From the NCBI GenBank assembly GCA_029864565.1, contig JAOTTD010000004.1:6727-70726 (forward strand): a stretch of DNA of 64,000 bases. The letters run 5' to 3'. Below, in pieces: positions 26,775-36,725 of the stretch. Within the stretch, counting starts at the first letter, position 1; the number at the start of each line of letters is the position of its first letter. The notes below the pieces were generated by a model, which ran no database searches, had not been told where the DNA came from, and worked only from the letters and a program-made list of their open reading frames with translations. The stretch comes from Thermoplasmata archaeon (GTDB taxonomy: Archaea > Thermoplasmatota > Thermoplasmata > UBA10834). The position numbers and the translations under genes were made by a program.

Positions 26775-27746
26775 TCATATCCTTTGCGGGTGGCGGCATC
26801 CCAGCGTGTCCCTTGAGAAATCGAAGAGCACCGCGGTGTCCCCGTCGAGCTCGACGATAAGCTTCTGTCCTTCGACCACGGACCCGCACACAGCTGCTGT
26901 CAGCCCTCGCCTTGAGAATTCGCCGATGATAGAGTCCGTGGAGGCGTGCTCGCAAGTGACGACGAAGCCGCAGCCCTGGTACGCCTTGAGCCACTGCATC
27001 AACTCCACACCGTCTGGCCTCGGAACAGAGCCGATGTTGATTCGGCCACCCGCACCGCTTGCCTCTAGTAGCATGCCGATGGTGCCAAGTGAGCCAGGGT
27101 TGCTGATGTCCTTGCCAGCCGACAGCATCGGAGCGACAGCGTGCATAGAAGCGAGGCCACGTCGAACCTCGTCCGAATCCTTCGTCGAGGTCGTGTCCCA
27201 TGAGTATGGTATGCAATGGGTGAACTCTCCATCCAGATCAATTGCGAGTATGACTGCGTCCCCTGGAACCGCGCCAGAGCTCCTCACCAAGTGCTTCTGA
27301 TCGGTCTCGCCAAGCACGGCGACGTCCAATGCAGCGTACGACGTATCGGGATGCAGATGGCCGCCCACTATCGGGGCCCCGAACTTGTCGCTCGCGGCTC
27401 TCATGCCGTCAGCCAGGCGGTCTCTTATGGGACCTTCGCCGCACGAGACAATGTCGACGAGGGCGAGGGGCATTCCCCCCATTGCCGCTATGTCGTTCAC
27501 GTTCACAAGGACGGAGCAGTATCCAGCCCAGTATGGATTCGCATTAATCAGGTCCTCCATAATGCCGTCCGCGGCGAGCAGGAGTATGCTGTCACCGAGC
27601 TCGATCGCCGCGGCGTCCTCGCCGAAGTTTGCGAAGACGTTGCCTTCGGGGGCTCGCAAGAGCTTCCTGGCCAGTTCGGACACGCCTTGCTTCCTGGAGA
27701 TGCCCCTGTAACTCCTCAGGTCCTCGACAATCCCGTCGATTGACAC
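26775..27746 (-). CDS. AIR synthase-related protein (PurM/ThiL/HypE superfamily, COG2144-like)
   Basis: FGEDAAAIELGD..LLLAADG, VNDIAAMGGMPLALVD and GGHLHPD are typical of the PurM-like ATP-binding fold. Confidence 0.75.
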   Translation of the reverse strand: MSIDGIVEDLRSYRGISRKQGVSELARKLLRAPEGNVFANFGEDAAAIELGDSILLLAADGIMEDLINANPYWAGYCSVLVNVNDIAAMGGMPLALVDIVSCGEGPIRDRLADGMRAASDKFGAPIVGGHLHPDTSYAALDVAVLGETDQKHLVRSSGAVPGDAVILAIDLDGEFTHCIPYSWDTTSTKDSDEVRRGLASMHAVAPMLSAGKDISNPGSLGTIGMLLEASGAGGRINIGSVPRPDGVELMQWLKAYQGCGFVVTCEHASTDSIIGEFSRRGLTAAVCGSVVEGQKLIVELDGDTAVLFDFSRDTLGCRHPQRI

Positions 27747-27793
27747 GCGACAGAAAAGCTGCTCCGTGGATAAAAAGCATGTCCCCGTGGGCT

Positions 27794-28414
27794 CTACAGT
27801 TTCGTCTGTGTGGTCTCCTTGACGTGCTGCCCGAGCGAGTACCTCTCAATGATGACGTGCGACAGAACGCGTGCAAACTGCTCCGCCATGTCCTCCTCGA
27901 CCACCGTCGGAGTATCGCTGTTCGGGACCTTGTAACCCTGCCTGGTGAGGAATACTTTTGCCTCGGATCGTTCCTCAGGGGTGGATCTCCGACCTCTGAC
28001 CATGCCCTCCATGCCGCATCTGCGGACTTCCATGTCGAAGATTGCCCTTCTGAACAGCGTTTGAAGACAGTATGCTGACAGCGTCGCCCGCTCATCAGGG
28101 TTCGACGCGAAGGCGTTGCACCCCTCTCCGAGGAGTTCGTGGAACGATTTCTCGCGGAGGGTCGAGACCGAGAACACCTTGGCGGGTTTGATGTCCCTCT
28201 CTTTGAGTATGCCGACCTCGGCAAGAGCTTTGAGATAGCCCGTGAGTTCCAACCTGTGGAGCTTCACACCTCTCGCCTCAAGCTCTCTCGACATGCCGCT
28301 TATCGATGTCGGGTCCTTCTTCAAGACCTCTAGTATGAGTTCGCGCATATCCTTCTTGGGCGAGAACATGGAAACGTCATTGGTAACAAATCTGATAATA
28401 AAAACCTTGCGCAT
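27794..28414 (-). CDS. Hypothetical protein with N-terminal winged-helix-like segment
   Basis: ELILEVLKKDPTSISGMSRELEARGVKLHRLELTGYLKALAEVGIL. The longest ORF (to 28498) overlaps the upstream gene, so an internal Met (28414 or 28369) is likelier. Confidence 0.45.
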   Translation of the reverse strand: MRKVFIIRFVTNDVSMFSPKKDMRELILEVLKKDPTSISGMSRELEARGVKLHRLELTGYLKALAEVGILKERDIKPAKVFSVSTLREKSFHELLGEGCNAFASNPDERATLSAYCLQTLFRRAIFDMEVRRCGMEGMVRGRRSTPEERSEAKVFLTRQGYKVPNSDTPTVVEEDMAEQFARVLSHVIIERYSLGQHVKETTQTKL

Positions 28415-28470
28415 GGCCAGTAGGTTTCTGCGCGCGCCTGTTGGAATGCAGGACGAAGGCAGGCACCTGT

Positions 28471-30069
28471 CTACAATCTCGGACCTATCAGCTGCCACAT
28501 TATGAGGAATAGGACGAGCAATGCGAGGTACATCGCAATGGACCCGGTTATCTTCTCACGCTGTTCCTTAGTGCTGCTCCTCCTTACCTTGGTGAGAGCG
28601 TAGTCCATGCCGTCCCGGAAGATGTACCCTCCGTCAAGGGGGACTGCGGGAAGTACGTTGGTGAGGCCTAACATAAGGTTGATCCAGAATACCCAATAAA
28701 GGCAATTGGTGAGTATCCAGAACGCGCTGTCCGGCATCCATGAGAGGCTCCCTCCCGGCTCATATAGGTCTGTCACGGGCGACCGAAGCGGAGCGAGGTC
28801 CAAGAACGGAAGTGCGATCAGGCGGAGCCACGACATTGACACATCCCCGAAAGACCTATCGCCGCGGAAGGGGTGAGCCAGCAGCTGAGCGTAATGGTCC
28901 GGCTCCCTCGCGTCCAGACCGAGCATGATGAAGCCTCCTCCGAGATAGCCTTTCCCTGAGTACGAAGCAGAATTCTCGTCAGGATAGAACTCATCGTAGA
29001 AATCGTGCTTGTCTGAGAGGACGATTTCGTCAATATCGTCAGCTACGACATACTCGCTGACGTCAGAATCGTAGCGCATGACAGTGACGTTCACCACCTG
29101 ATGCGAATGAGTCTCAGCCATGACTGAGGTGAGCGTCCCGATGCTGGTGATGAGTGTGTCGTTCAAAGACGCGAGAACCATCCCTGGCTCCAACCCTGCA
29201 TCGGAGGCAGCGTAGCCGTCGACGACATACGCAACAACCAATCCGTCAGCGACACCCGTGGCGGTTCTCAGCTCCCCACCGAAATAGTATGTCACATTCA
29301 CTTCGACGCCTGGTAACGATTCGCGGTCTTCCACGTCGGCGGCCGAGACGATGCTCTCCCCATCTACAGAAGTGACTATGCTGTAGGGTGTGATGCCTGC
29401 TATGCTTGCGGGCGAGTCCTCCACGACTCCCACTACGAGAGCACCGTCTCGTGTGGGAACGGCAGCTGACATCATTAGACCGGAGAACAGGGCGAGCGTC
29501 ACGAGGGCGAATATGATGTTGCTTGCTGGACCGGCGGCGAAGACCTTCGACCTCCTGGTCCTGGTGGTCTCCTCAAGCTCCTTGTTGTCCGGCTCCACAA
29601 AGGCACCGATGGGGAACACTAGGAAAAGCAATCCGAGCGATGTTATCTTCATCTTCCCGAGCCGGGTCATGATTCCATGAGAGAACTCGTGCACTATCAT
29701 CGCGACTGCGAGGCCGAGGATGCCGTATCCCACTGGAATGATAGGATTGATTCCTGGCACTCCGAGTATGAGCTCCGGGGAGGGCGCCTTCTCGATCTTC
29801 GGCACGATCGTTGCCTGCCAAAGCAGCAGAACCATCATGGTAACCATTGCGCCCGCGCAGATCCACAGCGAAGCCTTGCCGAACAATGTCCATACGCGTT
29901 CGTGGGATGCGATGCGATTAATCAGCTCCCGGCCCTTCCGGGTGCGCCACATTACGATTGGTCCGTACAAGCTCATCGAATGGCCCTCGAGCCACTTTCT
30001 CTTCCGAGCTACGAGCAAGAGGCCGATCCATGCCAAGAACACAACGAGAGCGATGAGATAACCATTCAT
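28471..30069 (-). CDS. Site-2 protease family (M50) membrane metalloprotease with PDZ-like insert
   Basis: HEFSHG (HExxH) in a TM helix and NVLPAVPLDGG (the second metal-ligand motif). A central soluble region has GVVEDSPASIAGI and AASDAGLEPGMVL, both PDZ-like. Confidence 0.85.
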   Translation of the reverse strand: MNGYLIALVVFLAWIGLLLVARKRKWLEGHSMSLYGPIVMWRTRKGRELINRIASHERVWTLFGKASLWICAGAMVTMMVLLLWQATIVPKIEKAPSPELILGVPGINPIIPVGYGILGLAVAMIVHEFSHGIMTRLGKMKITSLGLLFLVFPIGAFVEPDNKELEETTRTRRSKVFAAGPASNIIFALVTLALFSGLMMSAAVPTRDGALVVGVVEDSPASIAGITPYSIVTSVDGESIVSAADVEDRESLPGVEVNVTYYFGGELRTATGVADGLVVAYVVDGYAASDAGLEPGMVLASLNDTLITSIGTLTSVMAETHSHQVVNVTVMRYDSDVSEYVVADDIDEIVLSDKHDFYDEFYPDENSASYSGKGYLGGGFIMLGLDAREPDHYAQLLAHPFRGDRSFGDVSMSWLRLIALPFLDLAPLRSPVTDLYEPGGSLSWMPDSAFWILTNCLYWVFWINLMLGLTNVLPAVPLDGGYIFRDGMDYALTKVRRSSTKEQREKITGSIAMYLALLVLFLIMWQLIGPRL

Positions 30070-30123
30070 TCGGAGCAGACCTGCCGCTGGGCCATCGAGC
30101 TACCCGTATTAATTGCTTTCATG

Positions 30124-30546
30124 TTACTCTGGTCGGCCGCCATCATCGCCTTCTCCAGATGGGCGTCTATGGCGGGCCCATTGCTCGTCGGAAAGCTCTT
30201 GATACACGTCGCGGGCGCTCTCAACGCTTTCCTCGGCGGCGCCGTCCATGGCCGCGAGCCGGGCGATCTGGTCCTTCTTGAGTATCCAGTAGTGGATCCT
30301 CCACAGCTTGCCCTTCTTAAGCAGGACCTCCTCATGCGTGGTGGTCACGAGCCCCACCTCCTCGAGCATATAGAAGACGTCTCGGTCTTCGGTTGTCAGC
30401 CTGTTGTCGATGACCTCGTCCGTGTATCCGAAGAAGCTCATCACGTACTCAGCAAGCTTCTTGACTTCCTCGTCCGACATGTCGTCCTTCTTGCCCACGG
30501 TCTTCTTCAGCGCGAGCTCGACCTGCCGCATGGTGACAACTGACAT
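30124..30546 (-). CDS. Conserved hypothetical protein
   Basis: 140 aa, acidic, with no motif I can name. The codon pattern looks coding. Confidence 0.45.
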   Translation of the reverse strand: MSVVTMRQVELALKKTVGKKDDMSDEEVKKLAEYVMSFFGYTDEVIDNRLTTEDRDVFYMLEEVGLVTTTHEEVLLKKGKLWRIHYWILKKDQIARLAAMDGAAEESVESARDVYQELSDEQWARHRRPSGEGDDGGRPE

Positions 30547-30617
30547 CCCAACCCCTTTGAAGCAGACAAGCGTATACGAATCTAAAAAAGTGTCGGCACC
30601 CCTAACTGAAGTCGGCT

Positions 30618-31352
30618 TCAGCGAGTGACGACAGGCTCAATAGATACGCACCCCTCAGCCACCATCGCCAATATTCGAGCCGCCCAAGCGAGCTTCCTCA
30701 TTTTGACCTCAGCGGACCTACCGGGTTTGCGAGAAGGGTGCTCAAGATCGAAACCCGCAAGTAGGATCCTCTTCACGCCAAGCTCAGCGAGCACACAGGC
30801 GGCTCGATCGCCATCGGTGAAACCACCGAAATTGAACATCCTCCCGACAGGCTCACACTGACAAGTGCCCACAATGCGACCGCTGAACTCTGGGACCCAG
30901 GTGGCCAATGCCTCGCGATTGTCGCCGTGAGCATGCACGAAGATGATGGACCCCCTCGCGTTCGCCTCGACCTGGTCCTCGATCACGCCGTCGAGGTCGG
31001 TCACAATCACATCGGGCAGAAGGCCGCGCTCCATCACGAGAGATGTCGCCCCGTCCGCTGCCACGATGTAGTCTCTTTCGGACAGACTGGAAATATCTGA
31101 CGCGAGGGAGTCGCCACCGCCGCACAGAACCGCTGTCTCCGGAAGTCGGGACGCGCTGAAGGCGTCGAACGCCTCGCTCCCCCTTTCACCGAGGATCGAG
31201 GAGAGGAATGTGGCGCTCGCACGATCCTCTGACTCATCGAATCCAAACTCATCACATATCTCGCGATAAAGAGGGAGCCATCTCTCCAGCCTCAGCGTCT
31301 CACGCCCCAGGCACAGCGGTCTTGCGCCCAGCCTCCCTCCGAAGGGACGCAT
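30618..31352 (-). CDS. mptE: 6-hydroxymethyl-7,8-dihydropterin pyrophosphokinase, archaeal MptE type (DUF115)
   Basis: VIVTDLDG and FVHAHGDN, which I recall as the DUF115/MptE signature blocks. Overlaps the upstream gene by 53 nt. Confidence 0.7.
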   Translation of the reverse strand: MRPFGGRLGARPLCLGRETLRLERWLPLYREICDEFGFDESEDRASATFLSSILGERGSEAFDAFSASRLPETAVLCGGGDSLASDISSLSERDYIVAADGATSLVMERGLLPDVIVTDLDGVIEDQVEANARGSIIFVHAHGDNREALATWVPEFSGRIVGTCQCEPVGRMFNFGGFTDGDRAACVLAELGVKRILLAGFDLEHPSRKPGRSAEVKMRKLAWAARILAMVAEGCVSIEPVVTR

Positions 31353-32448
31353 TCAGCACAGAACTGAATATGGCGATCATAATCCCTGTCACCATCTCGG
31401 AGAATATTATCACCAGGTCATAGTCGCTGTATTTCAGGAAATACTCGAGCGCGTCGACCGAGCCCTGGATGATGAACCCTGTGGCGAGCACGGAGACCAT
31501 CATCACGATGAAAGACCACTTTATCTTGCCCGTCTGAAGGAAAGCCGTGACGGACTTGCCAGACTCGTACGCGAATACCCCGAAGACGATGAACCATGCG
31601 CATCCTGACACGAACACCAGAATCGAAATCGCCAAGCTGCGTTCGTGCGGTAGCAGGCCTTCGTTGTAAGTAAGGGCCATGTCGTAGCCGATGAGGATGC
31701 CCACGACTGCCAAGACAAGCCCAACTATCGCGAACGGTATGACCAGGCTGCCCTGTCTTATCGACCGCTTCATCCGAACGAGCCTCTCGCTCGTCCTCTC
31801 CGCCCACCTATACGCCCATCCTATCAAATATAGCCCGAGCACAACTCCGATGACACCGAAGGCCATCTGGGAGATTATTCCGATGTCCTGGTACTCGCCC
31901 TCGTGGAACTGAACCAGTTTGACCACGACCGACAGGAGCCCCCATATGATCAGCACCAGCGACAGAGGGACAATCCACCTCCGCCTCATCTTCTCGTCCT
32001 GGAGAGTCCGGACGATCATATAGTAGGTTCCTTCTATGCTCTTGCTCTGCTTGACATACACCCGCTTGACGGAGTCGATTTTGACTCGCGAGGATATCAC
32101 GGGATAGATCGCCTCGTCCTCAGCCCCGTCGCTCACCAGTATCGCGCGGTCCGGCTTCACCACCTCGAGGACGTTCTCGAGCTGCGTGGTGAGTATGAGG
32201 TCTGACTGGAAGCCGACGTGGGTGTCTCCTGAAATCGTCGCCACCTCCGCGTCCATCCCCCTCTTGACAAGGTCATCGTAGAGCTGGAGGCCCGACAGTA
32301 TCGTGTTGGCATCCACCTCTTCTGGGTCCGCCAGGCCGAGGGCTATGCTTGCTTTCAAATTCTCCTCCCGGCCGATTACGGGTCCGCTGATGCCTGTCTT
32401 GGTCCCGAGGTCGTCGTCCCTGTCGACGCACAACACTAATATCTTCAT
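31300..32448 (-). CDS. DUF373 family archaeal membrane protein
   Basis: MKILVLCVDRDDDLGTKTGISGPVIGREEN at the N-terminus plus a C-terminal polytopic half. ORF track start 32487; the Met at 32448 is likelier. Confidence 0.7.
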   Translation of the reverse strand: MKILVLCVDRDDDLGTKTGISGPVIGREENLKASIALGLADPEEVDANTILSGLQLYDDLVKRGMDAEVATISGDTHVGFQSDLILTTQLENVLEVVKPDRAILVSDGAEDEAIYPVISSRVKIDSVKRVYVKQSKSIEGTYYMIVRTLQDEKMRRRWIVPLSLVLIIWGLLSVVVKLVQFHEGEYQDIGIISQMAFGVIGVVLGLYLIGWAYRWAERTSERLVRMKRSIRQGSLVIPFAIVGLVLAVVGILIGYDMALTYNEGLLPHERSLAISILVFVSGCAWFIVFGVFAYESGKSVTAFLQTGKIKWSFIVMMVSVLATGFIIQGSVDALEYFLKYSDYDLVIIFSEMVTGIMIAIFSSVLNASLRREAGRKTAVPGA

Positions 32449-32559
32449 TTCAGGCCGAGATAATGGCATACAGGGGTATTTTACCATCGCTATCGCGTAC
32501 TGACCAGTCCTTTTTTGTTCGGCTCCAAACTCTTATATAATAACCACAGAATTCTATCT

Positions 32560-33231
32560 ATGATGGCCAAGAAATCAGAGCGGGCCGAGCCCAAGAAAGA
32601 ATGTCCAAGTTGTGGGCTCGGAGTGACGGAGCAGGCCATGGTCTGTGAGTTCTGTGGATGGGACTTCAACGAAGAGGACGAGTGGATTCTGCAGATTGAG
32701 AAGCTCGAGCGAGATCTGATGCTGGAGAAGCAGAGGTATGAGCCGGGCACTGTGAATCACATGATTGAGTCAACCCTCAGGAGCGCTGTTGTGGACCGTA
32801 TCGAACCCTCCACCCCAGTCTCAGAGGAGGCCGTGGAGATCGAGGAGCCCTCAGTCGAGGTGGAAGGGGCCGAACCCGAGGAGTTGTTTGAGGTAGAGCC
32901 GACACCACCGACCAGGAGGGCCAGGGAGGAGCGGGTAGTCGAAACGGCCCCTACAAAGCCTCCGAAGGTCAGGAGAGTCAGGAGCATCAAGGAGCCTAAG
33001 ACGCAGCCAGCCTCTCAGAGATATGAGAGGGAACCTGAGCCCGCCTATGATGAACCACCAGTCAGTGCCCCAGCGGCCGCGCCGGTCAGGCAAAGGGCCG
33101 TGAGGCGGGTCAGGACTGAGGCCGAGCCGCCCCCTATGAAAGAGGCGGCAGAGCCTCCGCAGGCTGAGACCGCGTCCGAGGATGAGACGCCAGTGAGGAG
33201 GGTTCGCGCAGTCAAAAAGGTGAAGAGGTAA
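32560..33231 (+). CDS. Zinc-ribbon protein with long Pro/Glu/Arg-rich low-complexity tail
   Basis: CPSCGLGVTEQAMVCEFCG. The TATA-like TCTTATATAA at 32531-32540 lies about 25 nt upstream of the ATG at 32560, which suggests a leaderless mRNA. Confidence 0.5.
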   Translation: MMAKKSERAEPKKECPSCGLGVTEQAMVCEFCGWDFNEEDEWILQIEKLERDLMLEKQRYEPGTVNHMIESTLRSAVVDRIEPSTPVSEEAVEIEEPSVEVEGAEPEELFEVEPTPPTRRAREERVVETAPTKPPKVRRVRSIKEPKTQPASQRYEREPEPAYDEPPVSAPAAAPVRQRAVRRVRTEAEPPPMKEAAEPPQAETASEDETPVRRVRAVKKVKR

Positions 33232-33329
33232 ATCGCGTCATCGCTGCAACACCGTCTTCCTCCGCTCAAGCACCCGCATGATGATTGTCGGAGGGGCTCA
33301 TCCACTCGCGTCGGCTGTGTTAAGTACAG

Positions 33330-34004
33330 GTGTTGCACTTAGCGCAACGGGGGTCGAGTCAGTTGCATATCAGGTGGCATGGCCATGCATGTTTCGAGAT
33401 AGCGGGGAGCTCAGTCGTGGTGACGGATCCTCATGACGGCAAATCAATCGGCATCCGACCGCCGAGGGCTACGGCTGACGTCGTCCTCGTGTCACACGAT
33501 CATTTCGACCACAACTGCTCGCGCATCGTGAGGGGACCTGACACCACCGTCATCGACAAGCCCGTGATGACGGTCGAGAAGGGCGTCCGCGTGGAGGGTG
33601 TGGAGGCCGATCACGACGAGCAAGGAGGAGCCAAGCGAGGCAAAATCACGCTCTTCAAGTTCGAACTCGACGGCGTGACGTTCTGCCATCTAGGTGACCT
33701 CGGGCACATTCCCGACGACATCCAGACAGACCGGCTCGTTGGCATCGACGTATTGTTCGTGCCCGTTGGAGACGTCTTCACTATAGGCCCTGAGGCGGCG
33801 CTGAAGGTTGCCGAGCTGCTTCAGCCCAAGGTCGTCGTTCCGATGCACTACAGAACTCCTGGTCTGTCATTGTCCATCCGCCCTGTACAGGACTTCTTGA
33901 AACTAGCTGGCAACGACCGCATCGTGAAGGTCGGCAACGAGGTGGATTTCTCCCCGGAAGACATGCCGGAATCAGGGACTGAGGTGTGGGTCTTCTCAGA
34001 ATAA
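33330..34004 (+). CDS. MBL-fold metal-dependent hydrolase (UPF0173-like)
   Basis: IRWHGHACFEI and VLVSHDHFDHN. The start is possibly TTG at 33363. Confidence 0.8.
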   Translation: MLHLAQRGSSQLHIRWHGHACFEIAGSSVVVTDPHDGKSIGIRPPRATADVVLVSHDHFDHNCSRIVRGPDTTVIDKPVMTVEKGVRVEGVEADHDEQGGAKRGKITLFKFELDGVTFCHLGDLGHIPDDIQTDRLVGIDVLFVPVGDVFTIGPEAALKVAELLQPKVVVPMHYRTPGLSLSIRPVQDFLKLAGNDRIVKVGNEVDFSPEDMPESGTEVWVFSE

Positions 34005-34013
34005 TCGAGAGAG

Positions 34014-34697
34014 CTAGTACAGGCCGAGGCCGTCCTCCAGCCTTCCAAGCTCTATTGGTGTCGAGCGGGAGCCCACGTACGCGCCTCTGCTGTTGGCGAC
34101 CGCACATGCCCCCAGATACGGAGTGCCATAGTTCAAGGTGGCGAGCGTCGCAGGCACTCCAAACAGCTCGGAAAGAGCCTTGAGTTCGTCCTCGCCTGTT
34201 CGCGGATGGCACAGCAGACCTTTGGAGGTGACTATGCTCGTAGATCCTACCGTATCGATGCCCGCTATGGAGCGTTTCTGCACCTCGACCTCGAGGACGT
34301 CCTCCAGCATCTTGACAGTCCCCTTCGATGCGGCTGGATGGACGCACGCCGCCTTGTCGTTTGCGAGGATGTTGTTCCCTGCGGCGTTTATCTTGTCCGG
34401 CATGAATCCGACGTTTAGGGATGACGGCATTCTGGCGATCTCATGCTCCTCTGCCAGGTTGGAGAGCACCACACCGTTCGAGTTCAGCGAGGCGAGGGAG
34501 CCCACCACCATGGAACCAGCGACGGTCGTCAGTATGACTTCCACCCCCAGCGCTTCTCTGAGGTCCCGGACCACCACATCCTCTACTGGCTCAGAGATGA
34601 GCGCTACACGCTCATTAGCCGCGCAGCAGACCCCCAGGTGTGGATTGCCATTGACATCGCCCAGCCTAAGCATATAGGCATACTCCGCCGGGCTCAC
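34014..34697 (-). CDS. eif6: Translation initiation factor 6 (aIF6)
   Basis: Pentein repeats: GNPHLGVCCAANERVAL..., NSNGVVLSN, NILANDKAACVHP, SIVTSKGLLCHP, ANSRGAYVG. The start may be the Met at 34673. Confidence 0.9.
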   Translation of the reverse strand: MSPAEYAYMLRLGDVNGNPHLGVCCAANERVALISEPVEDVVVRDLREALGVEVILTTVAGSMVVGSLASLNSNGVVLSNLAEEHEIARMPSSLNVGFMPDKINAAGNNILANDKAACVHPAASKGTVKMLEDVLEVEVQKRSIAGIDTVGSTSIVTSKGLLCHPRTGEDELKALSELFGVPATLATLNYGTPYLGACAVANSRGAYVGSRSTPIELGRLEDGLGLY

Positions 34698-34990
34698 TCC
34701 TCTGGGAGGGAGACTTCTATTAGGCCGTCCTCAAACCTGATGGCCTTGACGCGGACTTTGCTAGGGGGATGCTCGATGCCGTTCGCCCAGAGCTGCTCAT
34801 TGAGCCTGTTGTCGATCCAGACATCCTTCTTGAGCGATTCGTCGTCCTCGCCGGCGGCGCCCTTTTCGGTCATATGCTTCCTGACATATTCCTTGATCTC
34901 CTTAATCGCTCTCGGCGCCCGCTTCGTCCTCGGCACATGCTTGGTGACGGTCAGAGGTATCGTGAAAACCCGCTCCAGCTCTTCGACCAT
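34694..34990 (-). CDS. rpl31e: 50S ribosomal protein L31e
   Basis: RVFTIPLTVTKHVPRTKRAPRAIKEIKEYVRKH...VWIDNRLNEQLWANG. Confidence 0.92.
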   Translation of the reverse strand: MVEELERVFTIPLTVTKHVPRTKRAPRAIKEIKEYVRKHMTEKGAAGEDDESLKKDVWIDNRLNEQLWANGIEHPPSKVRVKAIRFEDGLIEVSLPEE

Positions 34991-35000
34991 TGTGAACCCC

Positions 35001-35162
35001 TCACACCTTCAGCTTGTTGCGCCGCCAGTGTCTCCTCTTGGGATGGCGTACGAATCTCCTGTTAGTCCTCATCATCACCCATGCGGGGACGCGTCTGTTG
35101 CTTCTGAGGGCCTTCATAAGCCTGATCTTCCTCGCGAACGGTTTGTGTCTGGACAAAGTCAT
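35001..35162 (-). CDS. rpl39e: 50S ribosomal protein L39e
   Basis: Below the ORF-track length cutoff. Hand translation gives [53 protein letters not shown] (53 aa). Its start overlaps the stop of the upstream gene (TGATG). Confidence 0.9.
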   Translation of the reverse strand: MTLSRHKPFARKIRLMKALRSNRRVPAWVMMRTNRRFVRHPKRRHWRRNKLKV

Positions 35163-35494
35163 CATCTCCTTTCGATCTTGATTTCCCTCTTGGTGGGCAT
35201 CACTTTCCGCAGGATCTGCCTGAGCGTGTAGTCGTCGACCTGCTGGGATATCCGTCCCGATTGCGCGAGCATCAGCAGCTGGTTCTCAACCTGGTCGACT
35301 GCGTCTGGCCGTGTCATCCGGAGGTTGGCAAGCCGCTCCCTGGCCTCCGGCGTGAGTATCTGCCTCATTATCTGCGCCCTCTGCGCCTCGGCCTGTTTCG
35401 TCTGCTCCTGAGAGGCGACTTCCTGCTGAGCCCTAAGCTGCAACTCCTGCAGCTTCTTCTGTCTCAGCGCATCCAACTCGTTATCGTTCGCCAT
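35162..35494 (-). CDS. PDCD5/TFAR19-like double-stranded DNA-binding protein
   Basis: [37 protein letters not shown]. It occupies the usual place between the S19e and L39e genes in archaea. Confidence 0.8.
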   Translation of the reverse strand: MANDNELDALRQKKLQELQLRAQQEVASQEQTKQAEAQRAQIMRQILTPEARERLANLRMTRPDAVDQVENQLLMLAQSGRISQQVDDYTLRQILRKVMPTKREIKIERR

Positions 35495-35505
35495 AGGCCT
35501 ATCAC

Positions 35506-35961
35506 TCAGAGATACTTTGTGAGCTCAGGATTCTGCACCGCCATCTCCTTCAGCAACTCCGTCGACAGTTCATCGACGAGCTTCCGGCCCTTTCCGGTGA
35601 CGACCCTGCCTCCATCTTTATCCCTCTGTACCAGCTGGCTCTTCTCCAGTTGCTGGACGGTCGTCCTGGCAATCGCTCTCGAGCCTCGGACCGCCTTGTT
35701 CGGCTTGGAACCCCTGTCCGCCTTGCCGCCGAACGCGGCTGCGATCCTAGTCGTCCCAATCGGGCCATCGATGTAGACCCTTCTCAGGACCGCCGCAGAC
35801 CTCACGAACCACCATCCGTCGTCAATCGGACTCTTCTCCCTGTGCCTGCCGGTCTTCACGAACATCGCCCACTCGGGCGGCTTCACAGTATCCAACTTCC
35901 TGAGTTCCTCGGCTAACCTGGGAACGAGCTTCTCGGCGGGTACGTCGTAAGCAGTCGGCAT
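35506..35961 (-). CDS. rps19e: 30S ribosomal protein S19e
   Basis: VKPPEWAMFVKTGRHREKSP.DDGWWFVRSAAVLRRVYIDGPIG. Confidence 0.92.
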   Translation of the reverse strand: MPTAYDVPAEKLVPRLAEELRKLDTVKPPEWAMFVKTGRHREKSPIDDGWWFVRSAAVLRRVYIDGPIGTTRIAAAFGGKADRGSKPNKAVRGSRAIARTTVQQLEKSQLVQRDKDGGRVVTGKGRKLVDELSTELLKEMAVQNPELTKYL

Positions 35962-35976
35962 TGAACTACCTCAAAT

Positions 35977-36000
35977 GACATGTGACACGACATGTGACAC
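35977..36000. repeat. Perfect tandem duplication of a 12-mer (GACATGTGACAC x2)
   Basis: Read directly. Lies 16 nt upstream of the S19e start codon, in the divergent S19e / ubiX intergenic region. Confidence 0.9.
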
Positions 36001-36155
36001 GTCGGCTAATCTGGACAGTCGCCAAAGTAGCGACAAAACGCGGATAAGCTGCTACTTATATATAAATGCGCCGCCAGCGACCAGCACCACGACGCCGCAT
36101 CGACACACCCTGGATGATTGCGGCTCTCAAAACCTTTTATGTCCAAGCGCTGATG

Positions 36156-36725
36156 GGGGCCTCCGTGCATGTGGTCGTTGGCATCACGGGCGCGTCCGGC
36201 ATCAGATACGGCGCGCGGCTGCTGGAATGTCTTCCAGGCCCTACAACGGTCGTTCTCTCCTCCGAGGCTTGCCGAATGTGCGAGGATGAGACTGGGCTCA
36301 CCAAGGACGAGATTATCACAAAGGCTAGCAGCAGCTGGGAGAATGACAACCTATTCTCGCCTCTCGCTTCCGGCTCAATCCGATTCGACGCGTTCGTCAT
36401 AGCTCCATGCAGCATGTCCACGATGTCGAAGATTGCCTCGGGAGTGGCCGACAACCTCGTCACCAGGATCGCCTCGGTCGCGCTCAAAGAGCACCGGAGA
36501 CTGATCATCGTGCTCCGGGAGACCCCTCTGTCGACGATACACCTCCAGAATATGCTGCGGCTATCTGAGGCTGGCGCAGTCCTGATGCCTGCGAGCCCAG
36601 CTTTCTACCCGCGCCCTGAGAGCGTTGACGACATTGTCGATTTCGTCGTCGGTCGAATCCTCGACCAGCTGGACATCGAGCACCAGCTCTACAGGAGATG
36701 GGATGGTGAGTATCGCGGAGATTAG
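36156..36725 (+). CDS. ubiX: Flavin prenyltransferase UbiX
   Basis: VVVGITGASGIRYGARLLE, APCSMSTMSKIASGVADNL and LRETPLSTIHLQNM. ORF track start 36066; the Met at 36156 (MGASVHVVVG) fits homolog N-termini. Confidence 0.88.
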   Translation, partial: GASVHVVVGITGASGIRYGARLLECLPGPTTVVLSSEACRMCEDETGLTKDEIITKASSSWENDNLFSPLASGSIRFDAFVIAPCSMSTMSKIASGVADNLVTRIASVALKEHRRLIIVLRETPLSTIHLQNMLRLSEAGAVLMPASPAFYPRPESVDDIVDFVVGRILDQLDIEHQLYRRWDGEYRGD

